Below, piece by piece: positions 1-21,061 of a DNA stretch of 64,000 bases. This stretch comes from the human T2T-CHM13v2.0 reference genome, Homo sapiens. A model generated the notes under the pieces. The model was given only the letters and a program-made list of their open reading frames with translations. It was not told where the DNA came from and made no database searches. Location of the stretch: NCBI RefSeq assembly GCF_009914755.1, contig NC_060934.1. The stretch is one strand, 5' to 3'. How positions within the stretch are numbered: position 1 is the first letter of the stretch; each line of letters starts with the position of its first letter. A program made the position numbers and the translations under genes.

Positions 1-95
1 TAATCCTGGCACTTTGGGAGGCTGAGGTGGGCAGATTATTTGAGGTCAGGAGTTCAAGACTAGCTTGACCAACATGGTGAACCCTGTCTCTACTA

Positions 96-254
<159 letters not shown>

Positions 255-685
255 CTAAAAAAAATAAATAAAAACAATGTGGCTGCTGGCTTTGACCCAT
301 GGGTTATAGTTGTTTGCTGTTTTAGTAGATTCTTCAGGCAGACTCATGATTCCAATATATGCTAAGTTCCTCCATCTCTAAGACTGCTTTGATACTGGCA
401 ATACTTTCTTTTTAAGAAAATTTTTTTTGTAGAGACAGAGTCTTGCTTTGTTGCCCAGGCTGGTCTCAAACTCCTAGCCTGAAGCAATCCCTCCACCTTG
501 GCCTCCCAAAGTGCTGGGATTACAGGTGTAAACTACAGTATCTGGCCAGGAGATAAATTACTGATGTGTATACTTCTTTGAGTTTCTTTAACAACTTGTT
601 TTACTGTTTGTTGTCTTGCTTCAGATTTTGTTATCAAAGAGTCTGATATCATCCTGATTTGCTTCTTTTATAAATGACTTGGTAA

Positions 686-841
<156 letters not shown>

Positions 842-1125
842 TGAGTAGTTGGGAATACAGGCATGCACCACCATGGCTGGCTAATTTTGTATTTTAGTAG
901 AGACGGGGGTTCACCATGTTGGCCAGGCTGGTCTCGAACTCCTGACCTCAAGTGATCCACCTGCCTCGGCCTCCTAAAGTGCTGGGATTACAGGTGTGAG
1001 CCACTGTGTCTGGCCACAAATCCTCAAATTCTAACATTTTAATGCAACTACTATGGGTCAAGTTTCTCAAGCATATGATAGGCTCTTTTAATATGTCATT
1101 TTCTTTCTTATTTTATTTCAGGGAA

Positions 1126-2472
<1,347 letters not shown>

Positions 2473-2570
2473 GGAGTTTGCATGAATTAAATATTGATTA
2501 TTTTCCAGTGTTTTATTTTGTTTAGTTTTCTTGAGGCTCTCCATGTGTCCCTATGCTGGAACCTTTTCTG

Positions 2571-2642
2571 CCTTCTATGACTACTACTTTGTTTTGTAAT
2601 GTTTTCCCTTCCATGACTACTACTTTGTTTTGTAATGTTTTC
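2571..2642. repeat. 36-bp tandem duplication
   Basis: CCTTCTATGACTACTACTTTGTTTTGTAATGTTTTC followed by CCTTCCATGACTACTACTTTGTTTTGTAATGTTTTC. Confidence 0.9.
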
Positions 2643-2844
2643 TCTGTCCCGCTTTTGTTTCCTAGCTCTTTTGCTTGTACTCCATATCTAATTCAATACA
2701 GCACTTTGCATCCACTGTGTTGTGGGCAACTTTTAGTCATTTTTGAAATAATTTTTGTCTTTTTAATCCATTTCTGTCCACTATTCTGTCAGCTCTTTGT
2801 GCAATTTTTTTGGTCTATTTCTATGAAGAATTTTACATTTCTGA

Positions 2845-3150
<306 letters not shown>

Positions 3151-4798
3151 TGAAAAACTTTGATTTATACTTTCTATATTCTGTATGATACATTTATCTT
3201 TGTTTACGACAAAGTGTGTTAGATTTTCCTGACGAGCAAGAATACGTCATTCCACTGGAGCTAAGGTTGGTTGCTGACTAGTGAAGTGCAGTTTTAAAAA
3301 CCACCTCGTTTGTGTGGGTGGGGGTTCTGTAATTCTGGTTCTTTGATATTTTCATGTTTCTGTAGGACTCTTTTCTATCTCCAGCCCCATCCTTCTTTAT
3401 TTTTAGCTATCAGGATTCCCAACACTATACCTGTGTATTCCTCAAACTTTCCAAGTCTCGTCCTTTCTACATGCTGGTAGCCAACACTCTGATATCAAGT
3501 CTCAAAGAAAATAATCCATTCATTGGAAGAAGAGAGCCCTGTAATTCCTAAAGGTCTTTTTAGAAATTATCAGAAATACTTTTATATGAGGGTTTTAATC
3601 AATAGCTGATGGTTCAATACATACAATTAAAGGCCACTACTTTAAACAAGTTTTCAAATAGTAGATCTATAAAAATGTATACCATAAACTTAACCGTGTC
3701 CACTGCTCCCCTTAAAGAATAAAACAGTACCAATATAATTGAAGTCTCCCTCTCCATTTATGGCCTCCTCAAACACTGACTTAAGCAAGATATAGTATAA
3801 TCTCTCATATTTCTAACTTTATATACTTTTTTTTTTTTTTTGGAGACAGAGTCTCACTCTGTCCCTCAGGCTGGAGTGCAGTGGCACAATCTCTGCTCAC
3901 TGAAATCTCCACCTCCTGGGTTCAAGCGATTCTCCTGCCTCAGCTTCCCAAGTATCTGGGATTATAGGCATGTACCACTATGCCCAGCTAATTTTTGTAT
4001 TTTTAGTAGAGACAGGATTTCACCATGTTGGCTAGGCTGGTCTCAAACTCCTGACCTTAGGTGATCCACCTGCCTCAGCTTCCCAAAGTGCTGGGATTAC
4101 AGACATTTCTCTGAAACTTGCTTTTCCCACAATCTAGTTTTTAGTATTCCATTGTGTGACTATAACACAATTTATGTATCTATTCTGTTCTCAGGCATTA
4201 AGGTCATTTTTATTCTTTGCTATTAGTATAAACAGGGCTTCTATGAGCATCTTATACATGTCTTCTTATATACATGTACGAGAGAGTCTACATCTAGGAA
4301 TGGAATTTCTGGGTGGTAGAGTATGAACATCTTCAACTACAAGAAATATTGTCAAATTGTTCTCCAAAGGAATTATAATAATTTATACTACCAAGCAGTA
4401 TAGGAAAATTCTTATTGCTCTATATTGTTGACAATACCGTTGTAATTTTTTGCTCTGTGCATGAAATTATTCTAACTTTACATTGATTAACCCTTATTAC
4501 AAGTAAGATTAGACATTTTTTTCACATTTTGATTGCTTGTCTTTTTCTCACTGACATGTAGAAATTCTTTCCTTTCTTTCTTTCCTTCCTTCCTTTCCTT
4601 CCTTCCTTTTTCTTTCTTTTCTTTTAACAGGATCTTGCTCTGTTGCCCAGGCTGGAGTACAATAGCATGATCTTGGCTCATTGCAGCCTTAACTTTTCAG
4701 CCTCAAGTGATCCTCCCACCTCAGCCTCCTGAGTAGCTGGGACTACAGGCATACACCACTATGCTCGGCTAATTTTATTTTATTTTATTTTTTTGTAG

Positions 4799-4957
4799 AG
4801 ACAGCATCTCACCATGTTGCCAAGGCTGGTCTCAAACTCCGGCGCTCAAGTGATCCTCCTGCTTCAGCCTACCCATGTGCTGGCGTGAGCCACCGTAGGC
4901 GTGAGCCACCGTGCCTGGCCAAAATTCTTGGTCTATTCTGGATTCTAATTTTTTTTA
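4799..4957 (+). CDS. OLAH: OLAH alternative cassette exon, exonised antisense Alu (159 nt, +53 aa)
   Basis: Acceptor TTTTTTGTAG|AG at 4797-4798 and donor A|GTAGGT at 4958. Phase 1/1 and stop-free: (E)[52 protein letters not shown](M), joining the 9699 exon in frame. Matches my recollection of the longer (318 vs 265 aa) OLAH isoform. Confidence 0.82.
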
Positions 4958-6799
4958 GTAGGTTTTTTGTGTTGAAAATGTCTTCTAGTTTGTGCCACCT
5001 TTCTTTTTAATGTGGTGTCTTCTGACTCACAGAAGCTTTAAATTTTAATATAATCAAGCTTATTACTCTTCTTTTAAACTTTATGCTTTTTATGGCTTGC
5101 TTTAAAAGCAAGCCTAACCTAACCCTATACCCTAACCCCAAGTCACAGTTATTTGCCTATTTTTCTTCTATCAATTCTAAAGTATTTTGTCATATTTGAG
5201 CCTGCCTTTTGTATATAGTGTGAGCTAGATATCCAAGTTTACTTATACCACATGAATAGCCAGTTGGCTTAGCAACGCTTACTGAGAGGTCTATACATTC
5301 CCCCACTGGTTTTAAGTGTCAGTTGAATTGTAAATTGAGTTTTCACATGTATGTGGGTCTATTTCTGGGCTTTTTTTTTTTTTTTTTTTTGAGATGGAGT
5401 CTCGCTCTGGAGTGCAATGGCACAATCTCAGCTCACTGCAGCTTCTGCCTCCTGGGTTCAAGCGATTCTCTTGCCACAGCCTTCCGAGTAGCTGTGATAA
5501 CAGGCATGAGCCACTATGCCTGGTTAATTTTCATATTTTTAGTAGAAATGTGGTTTTGCCATGTTAGTCAGGCTGGACTCAAACTCCTGACTTCAGGTGA
5601 TCCACCTGCCTCGGCCTCCCAAAGTGCTGGAATTATGGGCATGAGCCACCGTGCCTGGGCCGGGTTCTCTATTCTGTCCCATTGGTGTACTTGCCTCATA
5701 TGATACCAGAAACACAGCATCTTCATTCTAGCAGCAGGGAAGTCTCAGGGTAATTGGGATGTTTCCTTGATGCCTTCATGGAAAAAAATGAGTATCTGCG
5801 AGTCCATGTGTAGGTCTATTTCTGGATTCTCTTACTCCACCGATCTATACGTCTATGTTTACTCCAAAAGTATACTATCTTGATTACTGTGGCCTTATAA
5901 TAAGCCTTAGATATCCAGTAGCATAAGTTCTCCAACTTTGTTCTTCTTTCTGAATGTTGTTTTGGATATTTTAAGTCCTTTGCATTTCCATACAGCTTTT
6001 AAAATCAGCTTATCAATTTCCTGAGATTTTGTTTGGGGTTGCCGTGAAGTTATAGATCCATTTTGGGAAAATTGACATCATAACAATATTGATCCATGAG
6101 TGAGATCTGTTTCTCCAGTTTAAAAAGTATTGTTTTGATTTAGCAATATTTTGTCATTTTTTGTTTCTGGCCTGCTTCAGCTTCTTGAGTAGCTGGGACT
6201 ATAGGAATGTGCCACCATGCTTGGTTAATTTTTTTTTTTAAGTTTTTCGTGCACATGGGGTCTCCCTATGTTGCCTAGGCTGGTCTTGGACTCCTGAGCC
6301 AAAGCAATCCTCCCACCTTGGCCTCCCAAAGTGCTGGAATTATAGGCATGAGCCACTGCACTTAGCCTTCCAAAACACATCTTTAAATGATCACAGTCTA
6401 CTTTCAAATTTTATTATACCAGTTCATTTTTAATGAAAGAATCTTATAAGAGTGTTATTCCATTCCTCTCTCTTGACCTTTGTGCTACTTTTGTAAAACA
6501 CTTTTCTACTTATCAATTTTGTGTAGAGCAGTCAGCTGTCTTTTTTAGTGATTTTAAAGTGAAAAAAAATGTTTAGTAAGAACTTCTGAGTTTGTGGGGG
6601 GGAAAAACAAAATGATAAAAAATAATCTTTTATATATATTTACATGATTACCTTTGTTAAAGTAGATCCAGATTTTCATCTGACATTATTTTTATTCTGC
6701 CTGAAGAAGTTCCTTTAATATTTATTTTAGTGCAAGTCTGCTGGCATTGAATTCTCGTGGGTTTTATGTGTCTAAAAAGTCTTTAACTTCCACTTTTGA

Positions 6800-7854
<1,055 letters not shown>

Positions 7855-8163
7855 TTAACATCATCTTTTTATCAAGTGTTTTTAGCAATTTGATGGACAA
7901 GCCTTGGTGTGGTTTTCATTGTTTATTCTGTTTGAGTTTCCTTGAACTTCTTGGATCTACGACTTTGTAAGTTTCAAATTTTGACATATTCAGCCACTAT
8001 TTTTTTTCAAATGTTTTTCTGTTTCCCTCTTCTCTTCTCTCCTTCTGGGACTCCAATTACACCTATGTTAGATCGATTTATAGTGTACCACAGTGTACTC
8101 ATCAGCTGTGCATTTATTTTGTCATGTTCTTTCTACACTTAATTTTCTTTTTTTTTATTTTGA

Positions 8164-8481
<318 letters not shown>

Positions 8482-9698
8482 TAAGTTCACTGATCTTTTT
8501 CTTCTTGGTATCTAGTCTGCTGTTAATCCCATCTGGTGTTTTTAAAAATTTTTCAGATATTTTACATCTCTACGAGTTCCATTTGGGTCTTTTAAAAATC
8601 TTTAGTTTCTGTTCTTATCATGTTCATGTTTTCATTCACATTAGTGAGCACATTTGTATTTAATAACCGTTTAAGGTCCTTGTCTGCTGACTCCATCTTT
8701 TGTTATTTCTCTTCTGTTTCTTACGTTTGATGCTCTCCCTGGAGTTGTTATGGGTCATACCTTCCAGCTTTTTGGCATGTCTGGTGAGTTTTGATTAGAA
8801 GTTAGACATTGTGAGTTTTACATTGTTGGGTCCTGGATTTTGTTGTATTCCTGTACAGTGTGTTAGACTTTGCTCTAGCAAGCAAGCCAATAAGTTATTT
8901 GGGATCAGCTTGATGTTTGATTCTGGAGATGCTTAGATTGTGTATTTATTCATTAGGAGATGACTTGTCATTGTTTCTGTTAGGCATCCTGAAGTGCTAC
9001 TAGCCCAGGGTCATTTCAAGTTATTTTTCTGCTTCACTTTCTATAAATTTGAAGTTTATTTATGTTACCTGCACTCCAGTCTACCAAGATAACATAAATA
9101 AACTTCAAATTTGCATAAATACAAGGCTTTGTTTAAAAAAATCTAAGGGCAGACTTTTTCCCCCATCCAGAGCCAAGGCAAAATCAGAAAGTTCTTCTTT
9201 TCTCCTTTGCCATTTGGAGAATAAATACTTTATTTGTAGTCTACTTTTTCACAGAGGGTCTAGAATTTAGGGTTTCTTAGCTTTGTGTAAAGGACTCAGT
9301 TCTAACTCTCAAATTTAATGCATTCCAGTGCCTTATCTCCTGACCCTCTAGGTCACCCTTGAAACCTGATGTTTTATTTTCCTGATATAGGTAACGGTTG
9401 TTGGGGTAAGCATTTCATCAGCACATGATCATCAATGGAATTTTCAGTTCCTTTGTTTTTTTTTTTCTTTTTCTTCTAGGTGTTCCCTTTATCTTATTGT
9501 GAGCAGATTCTTAGTCTGCTATATTTTATCTTCTTGCTTTTATTATCAGCAAATTCTAAAACTTTTACCTTGCTGGACTTAACTGTTATCATTCATTTCT
9601 TTGAAATTTTTTCCATCAGGTAAATATGAGCCCTTTTATAACATCACAATATCTCATTCACTGTCTGTGCGTGTTCACTTGTGTTTCTCCATCTCCAG

Positions 9699-9837
9699 TG
9701 CACTCCTTAAGGCTTCCTGGAAGAGAAAGCAGAGTTGAAGAACCTCTTGAAAATGACATCTCCCAGTTAGTTGATGAAGTTGTTTGTGCTCTGCAGCCAG
9801 TCATCCAGGATAAACCATTTGCATTTTTTGGCCACAG
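9699..9837 (+). CDS. OLAH: OLAH (oleoyl-ACP hydrolase / thioesterase II) internal exon
   Basis: TCTCCAG|TG acceptor and AG|GTATTT donor. Encodes (V)[45 protein letters not shown](S), with the type II thioesterase LPGRESR and FGH motifs. Confidence 0.97.
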
Positions 9838-10702
9838 GTATTTGATATCTGTTTTAAAAGACTTCAGGGGAGTTTCTTCTATCTGAAGTTTGAGGTTAAT
9901 GTTATTCTTTGTGTTTTGTAAGATGCATACCTTTGTATTGGTTAGACAGCATGTTAGGTAATTATGGCCATCACAACTTTTACAATTCACCAGTTTGTAT
10001 GGTAAGTATACCTATTTTTTTTCCTTTTAGGCAAATAAAGTCAACACTTGTAAAACCAAGACTTTAACAGCAGCTTACATTCTATTTATTTTTGAAATAA
10101 GAAATTATGCAAAGAGTATATGTTTCTTAAGCTACGTTGTATAATTCTGAGGTTAAGTCAGAGACCCTGGGGTTCTGGCTATCTCTTATCAGTTGTATGA
10201 CCTTGGGAAAATTTCTTAGGCTTCTGAGTTAGTTCCTTTTTCTATAAGGGTACAATAACAATAGTTCCCATTTGTGAGGCTTAAATGAATAGTGATCTTA
10301 AATAAATTGGTATATAGTAAGGAATCAATAAATTTTGGCTATTATATAAGATTTACAAATATGGTCAAGCAGAAATTGAAAAATAAAAAGTATCCATCAT
10401 CCTACTACCCAGATAACAATGCTTTAAAATTCTGATGTAGTTCCTTAGTATTTTTACACAATGGGGTCTGGTTTTATATATTTACTTGATCTTTTTCACT
10501 TAAAAGCAATGTACACTCACAGGATGTGAAAGATGTTTATTGCTATAATATTTATATTATAGTAATATTAAATTAAATATATTTATATTATTGCCATAAA
10601 TATCTTTCACATCCTGTAAGTATACATTGCTTCATGATTTGTTTGATTAACCTCCTTTTGTGGATATGAGCTATTTCTATCTTTTTCTGTTATAAACAAT
10701 AG

Positions 10703-10972
<270 letters not shown>

Positions 10973-11574
10973 TAAAGTGCTGGGATTACAGGTGTGAGCT
11001 GTGGCACCCAGCCCAATGAACATTCTTATAGAAAATTTAGTATAAATCTCCTATCAGTTTTTTAGGATAAATTCTCAGAATTTATGTTAAACAATATGCA
11101 CATTGTTAAAGTTCTTTTCAAGACAGGGTCTTGCTCTGTCACCCAGGCTGCAGGGCAGTGGTGCAATCATGGCTCACTGCAACCTCTGTCTGCCAGGCTC
11201 AAGTGATTCTTCCACCTCAGCCTCCCAAGTAGCTGACTACAGGAGCATGCCACCACACCCTGCTAATTTCTTGTCACTGATGTTTTATAGAGATGGAGTT
11301 TCGCCATGTTGCCCAGGCTGGTCTCCAACTCCTGGGCCCAAGTGATCCACCCACCTCCGCCTCTCAAAATGTTGGGATCACAGATACGAGGCACTGCATC
11401 CAGCCTGTAGAAGTTGTTGCTATATATTTCCAAATTACCTGCACTTTACACTCCATGCGCAATGAACATGGTGCTGAGTTTCCCTTTCTTTCAGAAAATA
11501 TATACATGTGCAATTTACAAATAAGCAACCTCTGGCAGTTTTGTCAACCAAATGTATTTACATAATATCAACAT

Positions 11575-12075
11575 TTTCAATCCCAGTACCCCTTTATACT
11601 TTTAAGATGCATTGAGGAACTCAAAGAGCTTTTGTTTATATGTGATATATCTGGCGATATTTATCATACTGAAAGGAAAAACTAAGAAATTTTAAAGACG
11701 TTTATTAACTTACCTAAAAATAACATTAACAAACCTATTATACATTGACATAAACAATATATTTTAATGAAAAAGACTATATTTTCCAAAAAAATGTGAG
11801 AAGGTGAGAAGAGTGGCATCATTTGATACTTTTGCAAATCTGCTTAATGTCTGACATAATAGAAGGCAGATGGATTCTCATTTCTGTCTCTGCATTCAAA
11901 TTGTTGCTGTATCACATGTCATATAGCTTCTGGAAAACTCCACTGTGTATTCATTAGAGTAAAAAAGGCAAATAACATTTTAGTATTTATCCTGAAAATA
12001 GCTTTGACCTCATGGACCATCCATTAGGATCTCAGAAATTTCCAGGGGTCCCTAAACCGTATTTTGAGAACTGCG
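11575..12075. mobile_element. hAT-Charlie-type DNA transposon remnant
   Basis: CCCCTTTATACTTTTAAGATGCATTGAGGAACTCAAAGAGCTTTTGTTTATATG... ending GGGGTCCCTAAACCGTATTTTGAGAACTGC, a Charlie-like terminus. Subfamily not resolved. Confidence 0.55.
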
Positions 12076-12377
12076 GATATATACTGTTAAAGACACAGTG
12101 ATACACACCTTTAAGGAAGAAAAGGAAATTTAAATTAATTTGAAGACACTGTGCAAATCAGTACTAAATCTTAGAGTGAATTATCTAGGCTGTCTTTGAA
12201 ACAGTTTTTATGCTGATTTAAATCACTGAAAAGATAGACTTCTTAATCAACTCACACTTTCCTTTCATCTATTACATGATCATTGTTGTGTTTATGATAC
12301 TGTTCCTTTTGACTTTCGGTGGATCATCACGAGTTTTGCTTAACAGTTCTTGTCATGTTTTTCTTTGCTGAATTTAG

Positions 12378-12477
12378 TATGGGATCCTACATTGCTTTTA
12401 GGACTGCACTAGGTCTAAAAGAAAACAATCAACCAGAACCATTGCATTTATTTTTGTCAAGTGCAACTCCTGTACAT
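12378..12477 (+). CDS. OLAH: OLAH exon completing the catalytic G-H-S-M-G motif
   Basis: TTTAG|T acceptor and CAT|GTAAGT donor. AG+T gives Ser, then MGSYIAFRTALGLKENNQPEPLHLFLSSATPVH. Confidence 0.97.
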
Positions 12478-12563
12478 GTAAGTAATTTAGCTTTTTCCTA
12501 GGAAGGGCAGTGGAGAGCAGGGAAATGGGGATAAAAATAAGCCATTATTTCTCTATCTGGTGA

Positions 12564-12981
<418 letters not shown>

Positions 12982-13558
12982 TACTTGCTGTTGAAAAGTC
13001 CCTTAAATCTCTTTCAATATCATTCTCTGTTTCCCTGAAATGCACTTCAGCTGTTTCCTACTGGTACTATTCCTGGCGTCTCTGAGCTAATGCTGACCAT
13101 AGTGCTTTTTCCTTCATTGTGGGTCAGCTGGGAACTTAACCAACTTTGAGCAAAGTAACTGGATCAGAACCAGGAAAGACTCCTTGAAATGTTAAAAGGG
13201 GACAGTGATGTCAAGTTCTTAGGACTACCATGGCTTTTTAAACCTGGTGCTGTTGCTCCTGCTGCTCTTCCTCCTACCTCTTTGGTCTTTCCCACTTCAT
13301 CTGGAGAAAGATCCTGCCTGTCCCAGGATTCTAAATCTACAAAGCCATTTTGGTGGCATTATGATGCTGTAGTTATTACTGATGAGCCTTCTTCTCCCTA
13401 CTTTCAAAACGACATAGTTCTTTCCTGAAGCCTATAGATAAAGCAGTCTACTTCCCAGCCTTGGTTTAATGACTTTTCCCTTAGATCAACAGTTTTCAGT
13501 TTATGAGCCAAGTGTGTTATATGAAATATCAGGCCTGTGTTGTTGTTCATGTTTCAAG

Positions 13559-13728
13559 TCAAAGGCCTGGCATCGCATTCCCAAAGATGATGAATTGTCA
13601 GAAGAACAAATAAGTCATTACCTTATGGAATTTGGAGGCACCCCCAAGCATTTTGCTGAAGCCAAGGAATTTGTGAAACAATGTAGTCCCATCATAAGGG
13701 CAGATCTGAACATTGTTAGAAGTTGCAC
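13559..13728 (+). CDS. OLAH: OLAH internal exon
   Basis: TTTCAAG|TCA acceptor and AC|GTAAGT donor. Encodes SKAWHRIPKDDELSEEQISHYLMEFGGTPKHFAEAKEFVKQCSPIIRADLNIVRSC(T), with the GGTP and IRADL TEII motifs. Confidence 0.97.
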
Positions 13729-14505
13729 GTAAGTAACAGAAACAAGGTTTTTTCTTTTTTTGGTACAATTATTTGTAGAAAAACATAGATTGGCAGTGCT
13801 CTGAGGTTGCTTATGTGGGAAGACAAAATTCTAAGAGTTTGGTTTCATTTCCTTTGGGGCCACCTATGGTATGTATACTGGTTTAGAATGGAGCCTAGGC
13901 ACAGAAATTGTATCTGTAAAAGATGTCTAGCATGGCCAGGCACAGTGACTCATGCCTATAATTCCAGCACTTTGGGAGACCAAGGCCAGTGGATCATTTA
14001 AGGCCAGGAGTTCAAGACAAGGCTGGCCAACATGGCAAAACCCCATCTCTACCAAAAATACAAAAATAAGCCAGATGTGATGGTGCACACCTGTAATCCC
14101 AGCTACTTGGGAGGCTGAGGCAGGAGAATCACTTGAAGTCAGGAGGCGGAGGTTGCAGTGAGCTAACATCATACCACTGCCCTCCAGCCTGGCCAACAGA
14201 GTGAGACTCCATCTCAAAAAAAAAAAAAAAAAGTCTAGCATGTATTTTTCTTTAAAAAATATATGATTAGACATGTATATTTTATCTCATAATAACATAG
14301 TAAATATCTGTTGAATAAATTAATGCCAAAGCATTTTCATCTTCTTAGAAGGGTCAGCAGAAATAGATTGTTACTTATTGTAAGTGTGGAGGCAAACCAG
14401 TGTGGAGAAATTTGCTAGGTTTGCTTTTTTGTACATTTTGTTCCAGAACTCATTAAGTTCTATGAATATCTCTCCATTCCCTTGTCTCATGGGATGTCTG
14501 TATAG

Positions 14506-14846
<341 letters not shown>

Positions 14847-15929
14847 TGAGGTGATCCACCCACCTCAGCCTCCCAAAGTATTGGGATTATAGGCGTGAGC
14901 CACTGTGCTCAGCAAGGACTAAGTTTTTGAGATCTACTGCACAGCACTGTGACTACACATGTGTATTTCAAAATTGCTAAGAAAGTAGATTTTACCTGTG
15001 CACATCATTTTAAAAAGTTAAGTATATGAGGTGATGGATATGTTAATTCGCTTGACTTAATCTTTCCATAATGTATACTTATATCAAAATATCACAGTGT
15101 ACCTCACCAATTTATACAATTGTTATTTGCGAATTTAAAACAAAATTGAAAAAACTGAGAAGTAATCCAAATCACCATGGACATTCAATGCAATCATGGA
15201 TGCAAAAGCTGGCTTTTAATAATTAAGCCTTGCACAATGGTGAAACATGCCATCTTTAGAGTCCGCTTAGCAGACTGAAACCCTGTGTCTTACTCACTGC
15301 GAGATTCTGAGCAAGTTTCTTTAACGGTCTGTGTCTCATCTCATCAAAGAAGGGATAAGAATAGCACCTTTCAAGGTGTTGTGTGAGAATTAACTGCTTG
15401 GTAGAGGGGAGCGTCTGGCACACAACAAACCATGAGCTATTTTTAAAAAACAAAACACAACCAAAAAACTCACAACCAATGAGTTTTTTCACTCCAAAGA
15501 AACCTCCAAAACACCAGAAGTAACACATTAACATAAATCATTCATGGGGATATTCTACTCACAGAATGTAGAAAATGTTGACATTCTCACCCTTTCTCCA
15601 GTGAGCCAAATTGCAGTAGTTACTCACAAATTTTAACGTCCTCTCTCCAAATTTCAAAAACTCTTCCAAATCCTGCCCTCCTGCACCTTCTCCTTTTCAA
15701 TCTGATCTCTCCCACGTCCTCGTTATCTCCCTGCTTTTTCCAATACAAATGAAATCAGGCCTACAGAGTTTTTTCCAGTTCTCTTTCCCCATCACTACCA
15801 CTAAAGCTCAGAGCTACTGGCCAAAATGGAAATTGTCAGCCGAGAAGTGCCAGAAGCTGTGACTACTTCAGCTCATATAATCTGTCCTCCTCTCTTGCTT
15901 CGGACTATTGTTACTGTTCCTCCTCTGGG

Positions 15930-18150
<2,221 letters not shown>

Positions 18151-18478
18151 GATGGAGTGTGGGGTGCTGCTGCTTTTTTACATTCCAGGCAGGAGCAAAT
18201 CCTTGCTGGGATTACTGCAAGTCCCACTCACTTGGGCCTATCACATACACTTGGTCCCCCTCCGATCCGTTATCCACACTCTATCCAGAGGATAGAAGTC
18301 CAGTTTGATCATGGTGTACCTTGTTTGATCTTTTTGGTGACTTCCTTTCACTCTTAGGACAACCAACTAGACTTATACCTGCATACCTCTTATACCTTAA
18401 TTTGTCCCAATACTCCACTTTGTTCTCTGAACAATAGCCTTTTTTGTTGTTGTTGTTTTGTTTTGCTTTGTTCTTTGA

Positions 18479-18908
<430 letters not shown>

Positions 18909-19769
18909 TGACACCACACCTGGCTAATTTTTTTATGTAGTAGAAATGGGGTCTTGCTATGTTGCCCAGGCTGGTCTCAAACTCCTGGCCTTAAGTGATC
19001 CTCCTGCCTTGGCCTCCCAAAGTGCTGGTATTATGGTGTGAACCATCACACCTGACCTAGCCATTAATTTGTTGTCTTTCTCTTCCCTCTCTCCCTGCTG
19101 GCTCTATGCCCTTTGACTGGTTCTTCTCTATTCATTCAGGCTTCAGATCCTCTCCCCTTTCCCAGGAGACTTGCCTTGACCCTGTCCCCACCTCCTCCCT
19201 CCTGCCAACAGTTCTCCATCCCCCTGGACTTGATAGCACCTTCCATCTCTCTCTAGTTGAATGATTGTTTCTGTAATGTCTCTCTCCCAGCCAGTCTCTC
19301 AGCTGCAAGAGGGCAGGGACTGTGTTTGTTTCTCCACGTGCCCCTAGTGTCTAGTGCAGCACTGAGCCTCTGACTCAATAAACACGTTTGCTGCTGTTGT
19401 GAGGTTCTGTGCAGAGCAACCCTCTGCTGGGCCAAGGAGAGCTAAGAGTTACTAAAGAGGTCTTCGTTTCTGATGACAGTTTAAAGGACTGGTTCCACCA
19501 GCCTTACCTTGAGTTGAACTGTGTGCCCCAGTGCCATCCTGCTGCCACGTGTCACATCCTAGAAGTTAGATATTGGAAATTAGTCTCCACACTGAGTCTC
19601 AGGCAGGCTTTGACAGGTAGAAGTGCCATTGGTGAAAAATGTTTTACACTGCTAGAGTAGCCAAAGAAAAGAAGTGAACCCACCCCAAGTTTCATTGACA
19701 TTAGGAACAGGAAAAGATTCTGGGATGTTGATTTCAAACAATTACTAACCAGCTCTTTTATGTTTATAG

Positions 19770-20181
<412 letters not shown>

Positions 20182-20427
20182 TAGGCATGAGCCACCATGC
20201 CTGGCCAGCTTTTAAAATTTTTTTTTTTAATTTTTATGGGTACATAGTAGGTGTATATATTTACGTTCGATGATTTTTGACCAATGTCAACTAGTAGTTA
20301 CTGCAATGAGTAAAAAATTAGTTGAAGTTGTATTTAGTGTAAAAGGAGAGATGTTGGTCTTGTGTAAAATGAGAGAACTGCTGTATACTGATAGGTCTCA
20401 AAGAAATAAAAAATGCAGGACACCTAG

Positions 20428-20936
20428 TGTAAGAGTTAAAGAAAGAGGAAAGACAAACAAAATGCAGCTTAACAGTCAAAGACAGGTTTTCTTTAGATAA
20501 AACCTGAGAGGGGCTCCTGGCAGACTTCCATCAGGAGCACTTTCTCTTACAGATGAAGAGTATATATTGGTTTTAGGGTGAGGGGCTTATTACAAGCTTG
20601 GAATGTTTCTGTGTGAGCGAGAAGTTTTATGGTAGGGTTGGAATGTCTCTGGGAGGAGGGGAGGCTTTCTTGGGGCAGACATCTTTCTGGCGGCCGGAAG
20701 CAAGGTTATCTCGAGGCCGTCATCTTCCTGGCCAGAGGGGGGTTATCTTGGGGCTAACATGTCTCTGGTCAGGGAGGAGTTTGGAACGTTTCTGGTTGGA
20801 GATGTTATCTATGGTTTATGGTTATGGTGACCTTAGCCATTAGGCTGATGATGCCTTTTGGATTTAGGTGGTTTTTGATTAAGGTAAACTTTAGAATGAG
20901 GGGCTTGTCCAAGATGGCAATGCTCCTGCTTCATCA
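20428..20936 (-). mobile_element. Intact ERV1-class solo LTR (LTR15/HERV-I-like) in the last OLAH intron
   Basis: TG...CA termini (TGTAAGAGTTAAAG ... CTTCATCA) flanked by a perfect 5-bp TSD CCTAG (20423-20427 / 20937-20941). Family and orientation from recall. Confidence 0.8.
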
Positions 20937-21061
20937 CCTAGAACATAAGGCCTTGAAAGTAACCGTACTTCAGGGTGTCAGCTCTTAAAGAAATGATGTC
21001 TTGATGTGAATCTTTAGTTGCTGTTGGTGTTGTTATTGAATACAATCTTGTTTATTTTCAG

